Source: Jhaorihella sp. (lineage in GTDB: Bacteria; Pseudomonadota; Alphaproteobacteria; Rhodobacterales; Rhodobacteraceae). Taken from it: a stretch of DNA of 64,000 bases. Below are positions 1 through 9,177 of this stretch, piece by piece. Under the pieces are notes generated by a model. That model worked only from the letters and a program-made list of their open reading frames with translations. It had not been told where the DNA came from and made no database searches. How positions within the stretch are numbered: the first letter of the stretch is position 1; every line of letters begins with the position of its first letter. The DNA is taken from positions 21,946 to 85,945 of the forward strand of contig JBKEDD010000042.1 of NCBI GenBank assembly GCA_047975215.1, read 5' to 3'. The translations under genes and the position numbers were made by a program.

Positions 1-545
1 ATCTCGATCTCGACACCGGCAACCGGTTCGCCATTTGCGACCACCTGGCCGCTGAAGGTGCCGCCAGCGACCACGTTGTAGGGCTTGTTGAGCGGGATGA
101 TCTCGGTCGGCAGGCCAACGGGGGTCATCCAGTCGGTCGGCAATTCGTTGCGGTTCAGGAACGCCTTGGTGATCTGCTGGATATAGATATCCTCGGATTC
201 CTCGTAGTAGGGGACCGGCACCGTCACCAGAACGTAATCGCCCGACCGCTTGACCGGAACGGCCCCCTTGAAGGCCGCCCCCGTATTTTCGCCGCCGGTG
301 AAGCCGACAGGCTCCAGGGTGCCTTTCAGGTCGGTCTTTTCTCCGTTGTGGATCATGTAGAACTCTTCGGGCAGTTCGAGGTCCATCACGTGGCCGTTTT
401 CGAACGGGTGCCAGAAGATCAGCTTGACCGGCACATCGCCGGGGGCTTCGATCATCGTTTCTGTGGTATATTCAAGCAGGAAATGCGCCTGTGCCATAGC
501 GGGAATGGCCAGCGCGGCGGTTGCTGCCAACAGCAGTTTCTTCAT
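1..545 (-). CDS. DUF4198-family periplasmic Ni/Co-uptake accessory protein (first 181 codons; 3' end lies beyond the left edge)
   Basis: Hand translation of the minus strand. ATG at 545-543 follows GGAGGG. Signal peptide MKKLLLAATAALAIPAMAQA, then HFLLEYT..FWHPFENGH. Absent from the ORF track because there is no in-window stop. Sits directly behind a B12 riboswitch. Confidence 0.6.
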   Translation of the reverse strand, partial: MKKLLLAATAALAIPAMAQAHFLLEYTTETMIEAPGDVPVKLIFWHPFENGHVMDLELPEEFYMIHNGEKTDLKGTLEPVGFTGGENTGAAFKGAVPVKRSGDYVLVTVPVPYYEESEDIYIQQITKAFLNRNELPTDWMTPVGLPTEIIPLNKPYNVVAGGTFSGQVVANGEPVAGVEIE

Positions 546-689
546 GGGTCTTCGTCCTTGTCCCTCCGTGCCAACCCCGGCACGGGTCATCGTTTGACAG
601 CGGGACATGCGACGCTAGTCGGCCGGACGGCCTATCAGGTCTGGCGCACACCCCGACGCCGTGAGATCACGCCGTTTCCAAGGGCGCGT

Positions 690-842
690 GTCCGGCAGGT
701 TTCCTGACTTGCGGGTCAAAGCGTAGAGCTGGCCTTCCCAGGTATTCCCAGTGACATATCAGCTCTGCTCGCCGCTTACAGTTGCGGGGGCAGTTGCGGC
801 TTTGGGCTGTATTAGACGACCCGCACCGCATTCCCTATTTCT
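690..842 (-). promoter_or_regulatory. Cobalamin (B12) riboswitch in the leader of the DUF4198 gene
   Basis: Minus strand reads AAUAGGGAAUGCGGUG .. GCCGCAACUGCCCCCGCAACUGUAAGCGG .. GUCACUGGGAA..CCUGGGAAGGC. The B12 box AGUCAGGAAACCUGCC is the reverse complement of 694-709. Downstream hairpin CCGUGCC-GGGGUU-GGCACGG (about 567-586) overlaps the GGAGGG SD. Confidence 0.85.
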
Positions 843-1227
843 TTCGGGCGAACCCGAAACCAGACATGCAAAACCCCTAGCAGAGACCCGGCTTCATTGT
901 AAACGCGCATTTCGCATGCCGCGGCGCAGGGTTCCGTGTTGGCCATCCTGTCGGGTGTCCAACGCGAGTACTCGGTGTTTCGAGCACTCGAAGCCGCGCA
1001 ATATCAGCTACAAGTTTCACGCTTGATGGTCATGCCGACCGAGCGCGATGCGGAAACCCGGTCTAGACCTCGGATAGGGGCGCGCGCCTCCCGCCGTCCG
1101 CTCCGGCCCCCTGCGAGGGGCGAATCTGCTCCCGCCGGCAGACCGCGGAGCAGGTTTGCGATACGCACCTTGCGAACCAAGTCACCTGGAGTTGCAACCC
1201 GACACATCAGAAACCGGCGCGAACCGG

Positions 1228-1285
1228 ATCGCGAGCGATCCTGGACCATTCCGCCGATGCAGCGAACTTCGGGTTGGCAAGGCTA
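1228..1285. repeat. Diverged third copy of the ~55-nt structured repeat (see 48159 and 53738); ends on the doeB TAG stop
   Basis: Hand alignment to 53738-53792. Shares atcgcg.gcgatcc palindrome, gat, cgaac..gggtt hairpin and terminal cta. Similarity is only about half to 60 percent outside these blocks. Confidence 0.3.
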
Positions 1286-2278
1286 TTTCACCACCTGTGC
1301 CACCACCGCCAGGCAGTCGCCCATCTGCACCAGCCCCGGCACATGGCGGGCGGTCAGGATGCCGTCGAGCGCGGCGTGACAGGGTAGCGCGGCGATGCCG
1401 CTGCGATCGGTCGGCCAGAGCCGCCCGACCGGCTGGCCTTCGCGCACCTCGGCGCCCAGATCGACCAGCGGTTCAAGCAGCCCGGGCCGCTCGGCGGTGA
1501 CGAAACAGCGTGCATCGGGCATGTCCAGCATCACCGACGGCGCGGTCTGCGGTTCACCGGAAAGTATCCCGGCGTGGATCAGCAGGTTGCGCGCGCCCCT
1601 GCGCGCGATGGCGACGCTGGCCGCGGTGGCCGTTCCGGCGCCGCCCAGTTCGGTGGTGACGAAGGTCTTGCCCTGGCTTTCGACCTCGGTGTCGAACATG
1701 CCGGCATTGTCGATTTCCAGCATTTTCATGGAATAGGGCGCGTTGAAGGCGCGCATCGCCGCCATGCAGGTGGCCTCCTGCGCCTTGTCCTCCAATACAT
1801 GCGCCGCCGCGAAGGGCAGAAAATCGAGCGTGCGGCCGCCCGAATGATAATCGAGCACGATATCGGCCAGCGGCACCAGCCGCGAGGCGATGAAATGCGC
1901 GATCTTCTGGGTCACGGTGCCGTCGGGGCGGCCGGGAAAGCTGCGGTTCATGTTGCCGCCGTCGATGGGCGAACAGCGCCGCCCCGCTGCAAAGGCCGGC
2001 AGGTTCATCATGGGCAGGATGATCACCCGGCCGGTCACGTCGTCGGGGCGCAATGTTGCGGCCAGTTCCTGCAGGGCGATCGGGCCTTCGTATTCGTCGC
2101 CGTGATTGCCCCCGCTCAGCAGCGCGGTCGGCCCCGGCCCGTTTGCGATGACGCTGATCGGGATCATCACCGCGCCCCAGGCGCTGTCGTCGCGGCTGTA
2201 GGGCAGGCGCAGAAATCCGTGGTGCGCGCCGTCGGCGTCGAGCGGTATGGTCGGGGCGATCGGGTTTTCGGTCATCAT
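1283..2278 (-). CDS. doeB: N-alpha-acetyl-L-2,4-diaminobutyrate deacetylase (AstE/AspA succinylglutamate desuccinylase fold)
   Basis: Real start is MMTENPIAP. ATGATGA overlaps the doeA stop at 2275-2278. Motif GGNHGDEYEGP. The upstream part of the 465-aa track ORF is an Arg-rich spurious extension. Context is doeA/doeX/doeC/doeD. Confidence 0.8.
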   Translation of the reverse strand: MMTENPIAPTIPLDADGAHHGFLRLPYSRDDSAWGAVMIPISVIANGPGPTALLSGGNHGDEYEGPIALQELAATLRPDDVTGRVIILPMMNLPAFAAGRRCSPIDGGNMNRSFPGRPDGTVTQKIAHFIASRLVPLADIVLDYHSGGRTLDFLPFAAAHVLEDKAQEATCMAAMRAFNAPYSMKMLEIDNAGMFDTEVESQGKTFVTTELGGAGTATAASVAIARRGARNLLIHAGILSGEPQTAPSVMLDMPDARCFVTAERPGLLEPLVDLGAEVREGQPVGRLWPTDRSGIAALPCHAALDGILTARHVPGLVQMGDCLAVVAQVVK

Positions 2279-3453
2279 TTCACGAACAGTTTGCGCGGCG
2301 TGGTGCAGAGGCACTCGTACCCGGTTTCGGTAATCAGGATCGGTTCGGTGATTTCCAGCCCGCCATCGTCGAGCCAGAGTGCGGGCATGAAATGAAAGGT
2401 CATGCCCGGCACCAGTACCGTCTTGTCGCCGCGCCGGAAGGAAATCGTGCGTTCGCCCCAGTCCGGCGGATAGCTGATGCCAATGGCATAGCCGCAGCGG
2501 CTGTCTTTTTCGAATCCGGCCCTGTTGAGCGCGGCGTTGAACGCGTTGGCGATGTCCTGCGCCTGATTGCCGGGCCTGGCCTGTTCCAGCCCGGCCTCTA
2601 TCGCGTCCAGAACGGCGGCTTCGGCGTCGAGGTATTTTTCCGGCACCTCGCCGAAGAACAGGGTGCGCGATTGCGGGCACTGATAGCGGCGATGCGCTCC
2701 GGCGATCTCGAAGAAGGTGGATTCGCCCACCTCCATCGGACGGTCATCCCATGTCAGGTGCGGGGCGGTGGCATCCATGCCCGAGGGCGCCATCGGCACG
2801 ATGGCCGGGTAGTCGCCCCAGTAGCCATGTGCGCCGCGAATACCGGCAGCGAAGATCTCGGCCACCAGATCGTTCTTGCGCATGCCGGGCTCGGCGATCT
2901 CGAGGATATGTTCGTGCATCGCCTCGACGATGGCGGCGGCGCGCAGCATGTATTCGATCTCGCGTTCGGACTTGACCGCGCGCTGCCAGTTGACCAGCCC
3001 GGTGGCATCGGCCAGCACCGCATCGGGCAATTGCCGTGTCAGAACCTGATGCGCCGTGGCGGAATAGTAGTAATTGTCCATCTCGACGCCGATCCGGGCC
3101 TCTTCCAGCTTCATTTCCTTCAGCAGTTGGGAAAGGTGCGTCATCGGGTGCTTTTCGGGGTTCTGCACATAGCTGTCGTCATAGCCGACGATACATTCGT
3201 CCTCCATGAACACGGTGCGGCGGGCGCCAAGCGCGTCCATGCCGCGCCCCCACCAGACCGGTTCGCCCTCATGCGTCAGGATCACCGCCTGAAACACATA
3301 GAAGGACCAGCCGTCATATCCCGACAACCAGGACATGTTCGAAGGGTCGCTGACGACGATGGCGTCCATCCCGCGCAGCGCCATTTCGGCGCGCGTCTTT
3401 TCGATGCGGCGCATGTATTCGCCGGTCGTGAAGTTCGCCTCGTATGTCGTCAC
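2275..3453 (-). CDS. doeA: Ectoine hydrolase (M24 creatinase/Xaa-Pro peptidase fold)
   Basis: 392 aa. GTG start preceded by AAGGA. N-terminal creatinase-like domain plus a C-terminal pita-bread domain. Translationally coupled to doeB. Confidence 0.8.
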   Translation of the reverse strand: MTTYEANFTTGEYMRRIEKTRAEMALRGMDAIVVSDPSNMSWLSGYDGWSFYVFQAVILTHEGEPVWWGRGMDALGARRTVFMEDECIVGYDDSYVQNPEKHPMTHLSQLLKEMKLEEARIGVEMDNYYYSATAHQVLTRQLPDAVLADATGLVNWQRAVKSEREIEYMLRAAAIVEAMHEHILEIAEPGMRKNDLVAEIFAAGIRGAHGYWGDYPAIVPMAPSGMDATAPHLTWDDRPMEVGESTFFEIAGAHRRYQCPQSRTLFFGEVPEKYLDAEAAVLDAIEAGLEQARPGNQAQDIANAFNAALNRAGFEKDSRCGYAIGISYPPDWGERTISFRRGDKTVLVPGMTFHFMPALWLDDGGLEITEPILITETGYECLCTTPRKLFVK

Positions 3454-3667
3454 GGCCGCATCCTTTCGTGTTCGGCCGGCGGGCGTCGCGCGCCGGCCGG
3501 CTTTCCGCCGCCAGTCGCGGGGTGGTCGGTTTGTCCTTTGTAATCATGTGCCTGACCGGCCCGCTTGGACGATCGCGGCATCCGGCGGTCCGGCGGCGAC
3601 ATAATGCGGCGCGCCGCGATCGGCGGCACAATTGACACCCTGGGCGGGTGCGCGCATCACTTGGCCC

Positions 3668-4150
3668 ATGGGCTTTGTCAAACTCGACCGGCGCGATATC
3701 GCCATCCTGTCGGTGCTGGGCACCGAGGGGCGGATCTCCAAGACCGCGCTGGCCGGGCGCGTCGGGCTGGGCGCAAGCGCCTGCTGGGACAGGCTGCAAC
3801 GGCTTGAGGATGCCGGGGTCGTCACCGGCTATCGCGCCGAAGTGGCGCTGCGGCGCATCGCGCCCCATGTCACCGTGTTCGTGCAGGTCGAACTGGGCAG
3901 CCACCGCGCCGAGGCGTTTCGCATCTTCGAGGCCGCGATCGGTCTGCATGACGAGATCGTCGGCGCCTGGGCGCTGGGCGGCGGGTTCGACTACCTGTTG
4001 CAGGTGGTCACGCGCGATATCGACAGCTATCAGCGGCTGATGGATGCCCTTCTCGAACAGAAGGTGGGGCTGGCGCGGTATTTCAGCTATGTCGTGACCA
4101 AGCCGGTGAAATCGGGGCCCCTGCCGCTTGGGCTGCTGCTGGAGGAATAG
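3668..4150 (+). CDS. doeX: Lrp/AsnC-family transcriptional regulator of the ectoine-degradation genes
   Basis: MGFVKLDRRDIAILSVLGTEGRISKTALAGRVGLGASACWDRLQRLEDAGVV is a classic AsnC HTH, followed by a RAM domain. Divergent from doeAB. Confidence 0.8.
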   Translation: MGFVKLDRRDIAILSVLGTEGRISKTALAGRVGLGASACWDRLQRLEDAGVVTGYRAEVALRRIAPHVTVFVQVELGSHRAEAFRIFEAAIGLHDEIVGAWALGGGFDYLLQVVTRDIDSYQRLMDALLEQKVGLARYFSYVVTKPVKSGPLPLGLLLEE

Positions 4151-4227
4151 GGGCGGGCGCAGATCGAAACGCTTTGCGCTGTGTCGGGAAAACGGATCGT
4201 GGTGCCATCCGGTCCCGGAAATCCGCC

Positions 4228-4245
4228 GCGCATTTGTGCGCATTT
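4228..4245. promoter_or_regulatory. Direct repeat GCGCATTT x2 with 10-nt phasing, flanked by GGAAAT/ATTTCC, upstream of doeC
   Basis: gcgcattt at 4228-4235 and 4238-4245. Inverted GGAAAT 4217-4222 / ATTTCC 4242-4247. Lies in the doeX-doeC spacer. Candidate regulator site only. Confidence 0.25.
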
Positions 4246-4320
4246 CCGAGGTTTTGCCGCCGCGCCTCGCGTTAGGGATCAGGTAGCCGACAGCCGAGAA
4301 CCCGACGAAAGGCCCGGACC

Positions 4321-5805
4321 ATGTTGCAGGCAGACAGCAGACCCGTCCGCGGGTTTCCCGATCTCGAATGCCCCGAACTCGCCCGGGGCTTTGCCTATGT
4401 CGGCGGCGCCTGGGTCGCGGGTGCGCGCCGGGCCAGCCTGAGCGTGACCGATCCGGCCACCGGCGCCACGCTCGGCGAGGTTACCCGCCTCGACGCCGCC
4501 GACGCTGTCGCGGCGCTCGAGGCCGCGCATGGCGCCTGGGGGGCATGGGCCGCCATGCTGCCCCAGGATCGCGGCGCGATCCTGCGCCGCTGGTTCGAAC
4601 TGATGCGTGAGCATCGCGAGGATCTGGCCCGCATCATGACCGCCGAACAGGGCAAGCCGATTTCGGAAGCGCGCGGCGAGATCGACTATGCCGCGTCCTT
4701 TCTGGAGTTCTACGCCGAAGAGGCGCGGCGCCCGAATATCGAAGGCATCACCTCGCACCTGCCCGATGCCGAGGTCGAGCTGTGGCGCGAACCGGTGGGG
4801 GTGGCGGCACTGGTCACGCCGTGGAACTTTCCGTCGGCGATGCTGACCCGCAAGGCCGGGGCGGCGCTGGCGGCGGGCTGCACCGTGCTGGCGCATCCGG
4901 CCTCGCAAACTCCGTATTCGGCGCTGGCGCTGGCCGAACTGGGCGAACGTGCCGGCCTGCCCGCGGGGGTGTTCAATGTGGTGACGGGCAATGCGTCGGA
5001 AATCGTTGGTGCCTGGATGGGCGACGCCCGCGTGCGCGCGGTGTCCTTCACCGGTTCGACACCGGTCGGCCGGATGCTCTACGCCCGGGGCGCGGACACG
5101 ATCAAGCGGCTGGTGCTGGAACTGGGCGGGCACGCGCCGTTCCTGGTATTCGGGGATGCTGACATGGATCGGGCGGTGGAGGAGGCGATCAAGGCGAAAT
5201 TCGCCACCTCGGGGCAGGATTGCCTGGGCGCCAACAGGTTCCTGGTTGCGCGCGAGGTTCATGACGGGTTCTGCGCCCGCTTTGCCCGGGCCGCGGCGGC
5301 GCTGAGCGTGGGTGCGGGCGCGGACGATCCCGATATCGGGCCGCTGATGAACGAAGGCGCCGTGGCCAAGCAGGAAGACCATGTAAGGGATGCGCTGGAT
5401 CGCGGCGCGCGGCTTCTGTACGGCGGCGCGCGTCACGAGGCCGGGCCGCTGTTCTACCAGCCCACGGTTCTGGCCGATGTTCCGTGGGATGCCAGGATCA
5501 TGCACGAGGAAACCTTCGGACCGGTCGCGGCCATCGCCGCGTTCGATACCGAGGATGAGGCCATAACGCGCGCCAACGACACCGAATACGGGCTGGTGGC
5601 CTATCTGCACACGCAGGATCCGCGCCGCATCTACCGCGCCAGCCGCGCGTTGCGCTTTGGCATGGTGGCGGTAAACCGTACCAAGGTGACGGGGGCGCCG
5701 ATCCCGTTCGGCGGCATGAAACAGTCGGGTCTGGGGCGCGAAGGCTCGCGGCTGGGGCTGGAGGCATTCACCGAAGTCAAGTACGTCTGCCGCGACTGGG
5801 CCTGA
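4321..5805 (+). CDS. doeC: NAD(P)-dependent aldehyde dehydrogenase (succinate/aspartate-semialdehyde dehydrogenase type)
   Basis: 494 aa ALDH with VTPWNFP, ELGG and catalytic Cys region GQDCLGANR. Position between doeX and the aminotransferase. Confidence 0.75.
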   Translation: MLQADSRPVRGFPDLECPELARGFAYVGGAWVAGARRASLSVTDPATGATLGEVTRLDAADAVAALEAAHGAWGAWAAMLPQDRGAILRRWFELMREHREDLARIMTAEQGKPISEARGEIDYAASFLEFYAEEARRPNIEGITSHLPDAEVELWREPVGVAALVTPWNFPSAMLTRKAGAALAAGCTVLAHPASQTPYSALALAELGERAGLPAGVFNVVTGNASEIVGAWMGDARVRAVSFTGSTPVGRMLYARGADTIKRLVLELGGHAPFLVFGDADMDRAVEEAIKAKFATSGQDCLGANRFLVAREVHDGFCARFARAAAALSVGAGADDPDIGPLMNEGAVAKQEDHVRDALDRGARLLYGGARHEAGPLFYQPTVLADVPWDARIMHEETFGPVAAIAAFDTEDEAITRANDTEYGLVAYLHTQDPRRIYRASRALRFGMVAVNRTKVTGAPIPFGGMKQSGLGREGSRLGLEAFTEVKYVCRDWA

Positions 5806-5931
5806 GCGATAGGCAGGGCGGGAATAATCTCGCCGAGATTTTTCGTCCGGGACTTGTTGTCAATTCCTGGACCGCCGGAACAGAGCGAAGGCGGGGCCGA
5901 TGGGCCGGACCGCCGCAGGAAAGGAAAGAAC

Positions 5932-7302
5932 ATGCGCAAGAACGACATGCTGGAACAATGGGATCGCGAGAATTTCTTTCATCCCTCGACGCATTTGGCG
6001 GAATTTGCCCGTGGCAACGCCCCGCACCGGGTGATCGCGGGTGCCGAGGGGTGTCATATCACCGACCGCGAGGGAATGCGGCTGCTGGACGGGTTCGCCG
6101 GGCTCTACTGCGTAAACGTGGGCTACGGGCGCAGCGAGATCGCCGAGGCGATTGCCGAGCAGGCGCGCGAACTGGCCTATTATCACGCCTATGTCGGCCA
6201 TGGCACCGAGGCGTCGATCACCCTTGCCAGGATGATTCTGGAGCGCGCGCCCAAGGGCATGAGCAAGGTCTATTTCGGGCTGTCGGGGTCGGATGCCAAC
6301 GAAACCAACGTCAAGCTGGTCTGGTATTACAACAATATCCTCGGGCGCCCCGAAAAGAAGAAGATCATCAGCCGCTGGCGCGGCTATCACGGCTCGGGGC
6401 TCGTCACCGGTTCGCTGACCGGGCTCGAGCTGTTTCATCGCAAGTTCGACCTGCCGCTGGCGCAGGTGATCCATACCGATGCGCCCTATTATTATCGTCG
6501 CGACGATGCCGGCATGAGCGAAGAGGCATTCACCGCGCATCTGGCGGGCGAACTGGAGGCGCTGATCGCGCGCGAGGGCGCGGATACGATCGCCGCCTTC
6601 ATCGGCGAGCCCGTGCTGGGCACGGGGGGCATCGTGCCGCCGCCGGCCGGCTACTGGACGGCGATCCAGGAGGTGCTGGCGCGTCATGACATCCTGCTGA
6701 TCGCCGACGAGGTGGTGACCGGCTTCGGGCGGCTGGGCAGCATGTTCGGGTCGGATCACTACGGGATCAGGCCCGATCTCATCACCATCGCCAAGGGACT
6801 GACCAGTGCCTATGCGCCGCTGTCGGGTTCGATCGTGGGCGAGAGGATGTGGAAGGTGCTGGAGCAGGGCACCGACGAGAACGGGCCGATCGGTCACGGC
6901 TGGACCTATTCGGCGCATCCCGTCGGCGCGGCGGCCGGGGTCGCGAACCTCAGGCTGCTTGACGATCTGGACCTGATCGCCAATGCCGCAAAGACGGGCG
7001 CCTATCTGAACGCACAGATGCGGGCCGCGCTGGAAGATCACGCCAATGTCGGCGAGGTGCGCGGCGAAGGGATGCTCTGTGCCGTCGAACTGGTCGAGGA
7101 CCGGGACGGGCGCGCGTTTTTCGATCCGGCGCGAAAGGTGGGGGCGCAGGTCTCGGCGGCGATGGCCGAACGAGGGGTGATTGCGCGGGCGATGCCGCAG
7201 GGCGACATCATCGGCTTCGCGCCGCCGTTCTGTCTTACGCGGGCCGAGGCCGATACCTTGGTGGCGACGACGGTGGAGGCATTGCGGGCGGTTCTGGGCT
7301 GA
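5932..7302 (+). CDS. doeD: Class-III PLP aminotransferase (diaminobutyrate / omega-amino acid transaminase)
   Basis: Start [11 protein letters not shown] follows GGAAAGGAAAG. Motifs SGSDANE and [11 protein letters not shown]. The track ORF starts 78 nt earlier without an SD. Confidence 0.75.
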   Translation: MRKNDMLEQWDRENFFHPSTHLAEFARGNAPHRVIAGAEGCHITDREGMRLLDGFAGLYCVNVGYGRSEIAEAIAEQARELAYYHAYVGHGTEASITLARMILERAPKGMSKVYFGLSGSDANETNVKLVWYYNNILGRPEKKKIISRWRGYHGSGLVTGSLTGLELFHRKFDLPLAQVIHTDAPYYYRRDDAGMSEEAFTAHLAGELEALIAREGADTIAAFIGEPVLGTGGIVPPPAGYWTAIQEVLARHDILLIADEVVTGFGRLGSMFGSDHYGIRPDLITIAKGLTSAYAPLSGSIVGERMWKVLEQGTDENGPIGHGWTYSAHPVGAAAGVANLRLLDDLDLIANAAKTGAYLNAQMRAALEDHANVGEVRGEGMLCAVELVEDRDGRAFFDPARKVGAQVSAAMAERGVIARAMPQGDIIGFAPPFCLTRAEADTLVATTVEALRAVLG

Positions 7303-7331
7303 GCGCGGCGGCGGCTTGCATTTATAAGTAA

Positions 7332-7346
7332 CACATATTATATGTG
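7332..7346. promoter_or_regulatory. Perfect 15-bp palindrome CACATAT-T-ATATGTG in an AT-rich patch; likely MarR operator/promoter
   Basis: Read directly, 27 nt upstream of the marR ATG. It is the only AT-rich stretch in this spacer. Confidence 0.5.
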
Positions 7347-7372
7347 ATGCTTAGTTATTGCGGAGCCGTGCC

Positions 7373-7843
7373 ATGCAATCGCCCATCGACGCTGACACCA
7401 CGTCGTTTCTGATCCTCGATATCGCGCGCCTGCTGCGCGCCGAGTTCGAGCGGCGGGTTTGCGATGCCGCCCTTGGCGTGACGCCGGGTGAGGCGCGCAC
7501 ACTGGCGGCCGTGGCAAGGGCCGGACCGCTGCGCCAGCACGACCTGGCCGACCTGACCGGGCTTGGTGCGATGAGCGTCACGGCCTTTCTGGACCGGCTG
7601 GAAAAGGCCGGTCTGATCCTGCGCGAGGCCGATCCCGGCGACCGCCGGGCCAAGCTTGTGCGCGTGACCGCGGATGCCGCGCCCTTGCTGGCACAGCTTA
7701 GGCGTATCGGCGACGAGGTGCGCGCGATCACCCGTGGCGATATTCCGGCCGAGGACTGGGACCGTTTCCGCGACCTGCTGAAAGTGGCTCGCGACAACCA
7801 TTTGGAGGCCCGCCGGGATCAGCGCGCAACGGGTGCCGCATGA
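7373..7843 (+). CDS. MarR-family transcriptional regulator
   Basis: LTPGEARTLAAV..LRQHDLADLTG..LDRLEKAGLILREADPGDRRAKLVRVT is the MarR wHTH signature. ATGA overlaps the MFS gene. Confidence 0.85.
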   Translation: MQSPIDADTTSFLILDIARLLRAEFERRVCDAALGVTPGEARTLAAVARAGPLRQHDLADLTGLGAMSVTAFLDRLEKAGLILREADPGDRRAKLVRVTADAAPLLAQLRRIGDEVRAITRGDIPAEDWDRFRDLLKVARDNHLEARRDQRATGAA

Positions 7844-9123
7844 GCGTGGCCGACATGAACGGCGTGCCACGCCCTCGCATGTCCGCCCGCCGTGTCAGCC
7901 TGATCGGCGCGCTGTTCATCGCCACGGGGCCGATCGCGATGGCGCTTTATACCCCGGCGATGACCGAGGTGGTGTCTGCCTTCGACACTTCCAACGGCAT
8001 GGTCAAGCTGACGCTGACGCTGTATTTCGCGGGGTTCGCGACCGCCCAGCTGATCGCCGGGCCGCTGTCGGACGCGCTGGGGCGGCGGCCGGTGATCGTC
8101 GCCTTCATGGCGATATTCGTCGCTGCCAGCCTGCTGGCGCTGATCGCGCCCAACATCGAGACGCTAATGTCTGCTCGGTTCGTTCAGGGCGTTGGCGCCA
8201 GTGCCGGGGTGGCGATCTCGCGCGCCGTGGTGCGCGACCTGTTCGAGGGCGACGAGTCCTCGCGCATCATGAACCTGATGGGGATCATCCTGGCCGTGGC
8301 GCCCGCACTGTCCCCGACGCTTGGGGGCCTGATCGTGACTCATGCCGGCTGGCGGGCGGTGTTTGCCGTCATGACGCTGTTCGGGGCGGTGGTGATCGCG
8401 GTGACGCTGTTGGGCCTGCGCGAGACCGTGACGCCCGACCGCAGCCGCCTGAACCTGCGCGCCCTGGGGCGGTCCTATGTCACGCTGGCCACCAACCGGC
8501 ATTTCGTCACCACCACGCTGACCATCGCCGGGGCGATCGGCGCGATCTATGCGCAGGCGACTATCCTGCCTTTCATCCTGATGCAGCGGTTGGGTCTGAG
8601 CCCGACCGCGTTCGGGATAGGGATGCTGATGCAATCGGGAAGCTTTCTTGCCGGGTCGCTGGCCTTCCGCCAGTTGATGAAACGTCGCAGCGCCTACCGG
8701 CTGGTGACGCCCGGGCTGGTGTTCATCGCCCTCGGCAGCGTCGCGATGCTGACGCTGCTGACGGGTGAGACCAGCTTCCTTCGGGTGATGGGTCCGGTGG
8801 CGGTCTATACGTTCGGTATCGCTTTCGTGATGCCGGCGATGACCACCGCCGCGCTGGCGCCGTTCCCGCGCATCGCTGGCGCGGCGTCGTCGCTGATGGG
8901 ATTTGCGCAGATGGGGGCCGGGCTTCTGGTTGGGACGCTGGCGGCGCTGTTCGCCGACCCGGTGGTTGCGCTGGCGGTACTGATCCCGATAATGGGCACG
9001 CTGGCCTGTCTGTCCTATGTCGTTTACCGCACGCATCCGCACCTGGCCGAGCCCGAACCGCGGCGCGGTGCCATCAGCGGCCCGCCCGCCGGCCGCTCCA
9101 TGATGCCCACGGACACCGATTGA
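7840..9123 (+). CDS. MFS drug-efflux transporter, Bcr/CflA subfamily
   Basis: 427 aa, about 12 TM segments. Motif GPLSDALGRRPV (MFS motif A). Coupled to marR. Confidence 0.8.
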   Translation: MSVADMNGVPRPRMSARRVSLIGALFIATGPIAMALYTPAMTEVVSAFDTSNGMVKLTLTLYFAGFATAQLIAGPLSDALGRRPVIVAFMAIFVAASLLALIAPNIETLMSARFVQGVGASAGVAISRAVVRDLFEGDESSRIMNLMGIILAVAPALSPTLGGLIVTHAGWRAVFAVMTLFGAVVIAVTLLGLRETVTPDRSRLNLRALGRSYVTLATNRHFVTTTLTIAGAIGAIYAQATILPFILMQRLGLSPTAFGIGMLMQSGSFLAGSLAFRQLMKRRSAYRLVTPGLVFIALGSVAMLTLLTGETSFLRVMGPVAVYTFGIAFVMPAMTTAALAPFPRIAGAASSLMGFAQMGAGLLVGTLAALFADPVVALAVLIPIMGTLACLSYVVYRTHPHLAEPEPRRGAISGPPAGRSMMPTDTD

Positions 9124-9177
9124 CCGCCAAGTTCAGCGGTGCATGATGCCGCGACGACGACAGGAAAGCCCCGAGCC

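Noticed and set aside
2279-2680. N-terminal 134-aa extension of the doeB ORF in the track. Analogous extensions occur at 22866-23177, 23759-24559, 14614-15306, 62144-62341, 43505-43585 and 56311-56481.
   Set aside because: The extensions overlap the preceding gene in another frame and are Arg-rich nonsense. Internal starts with an SD or with stop/start overlaps give canonical N-termini.
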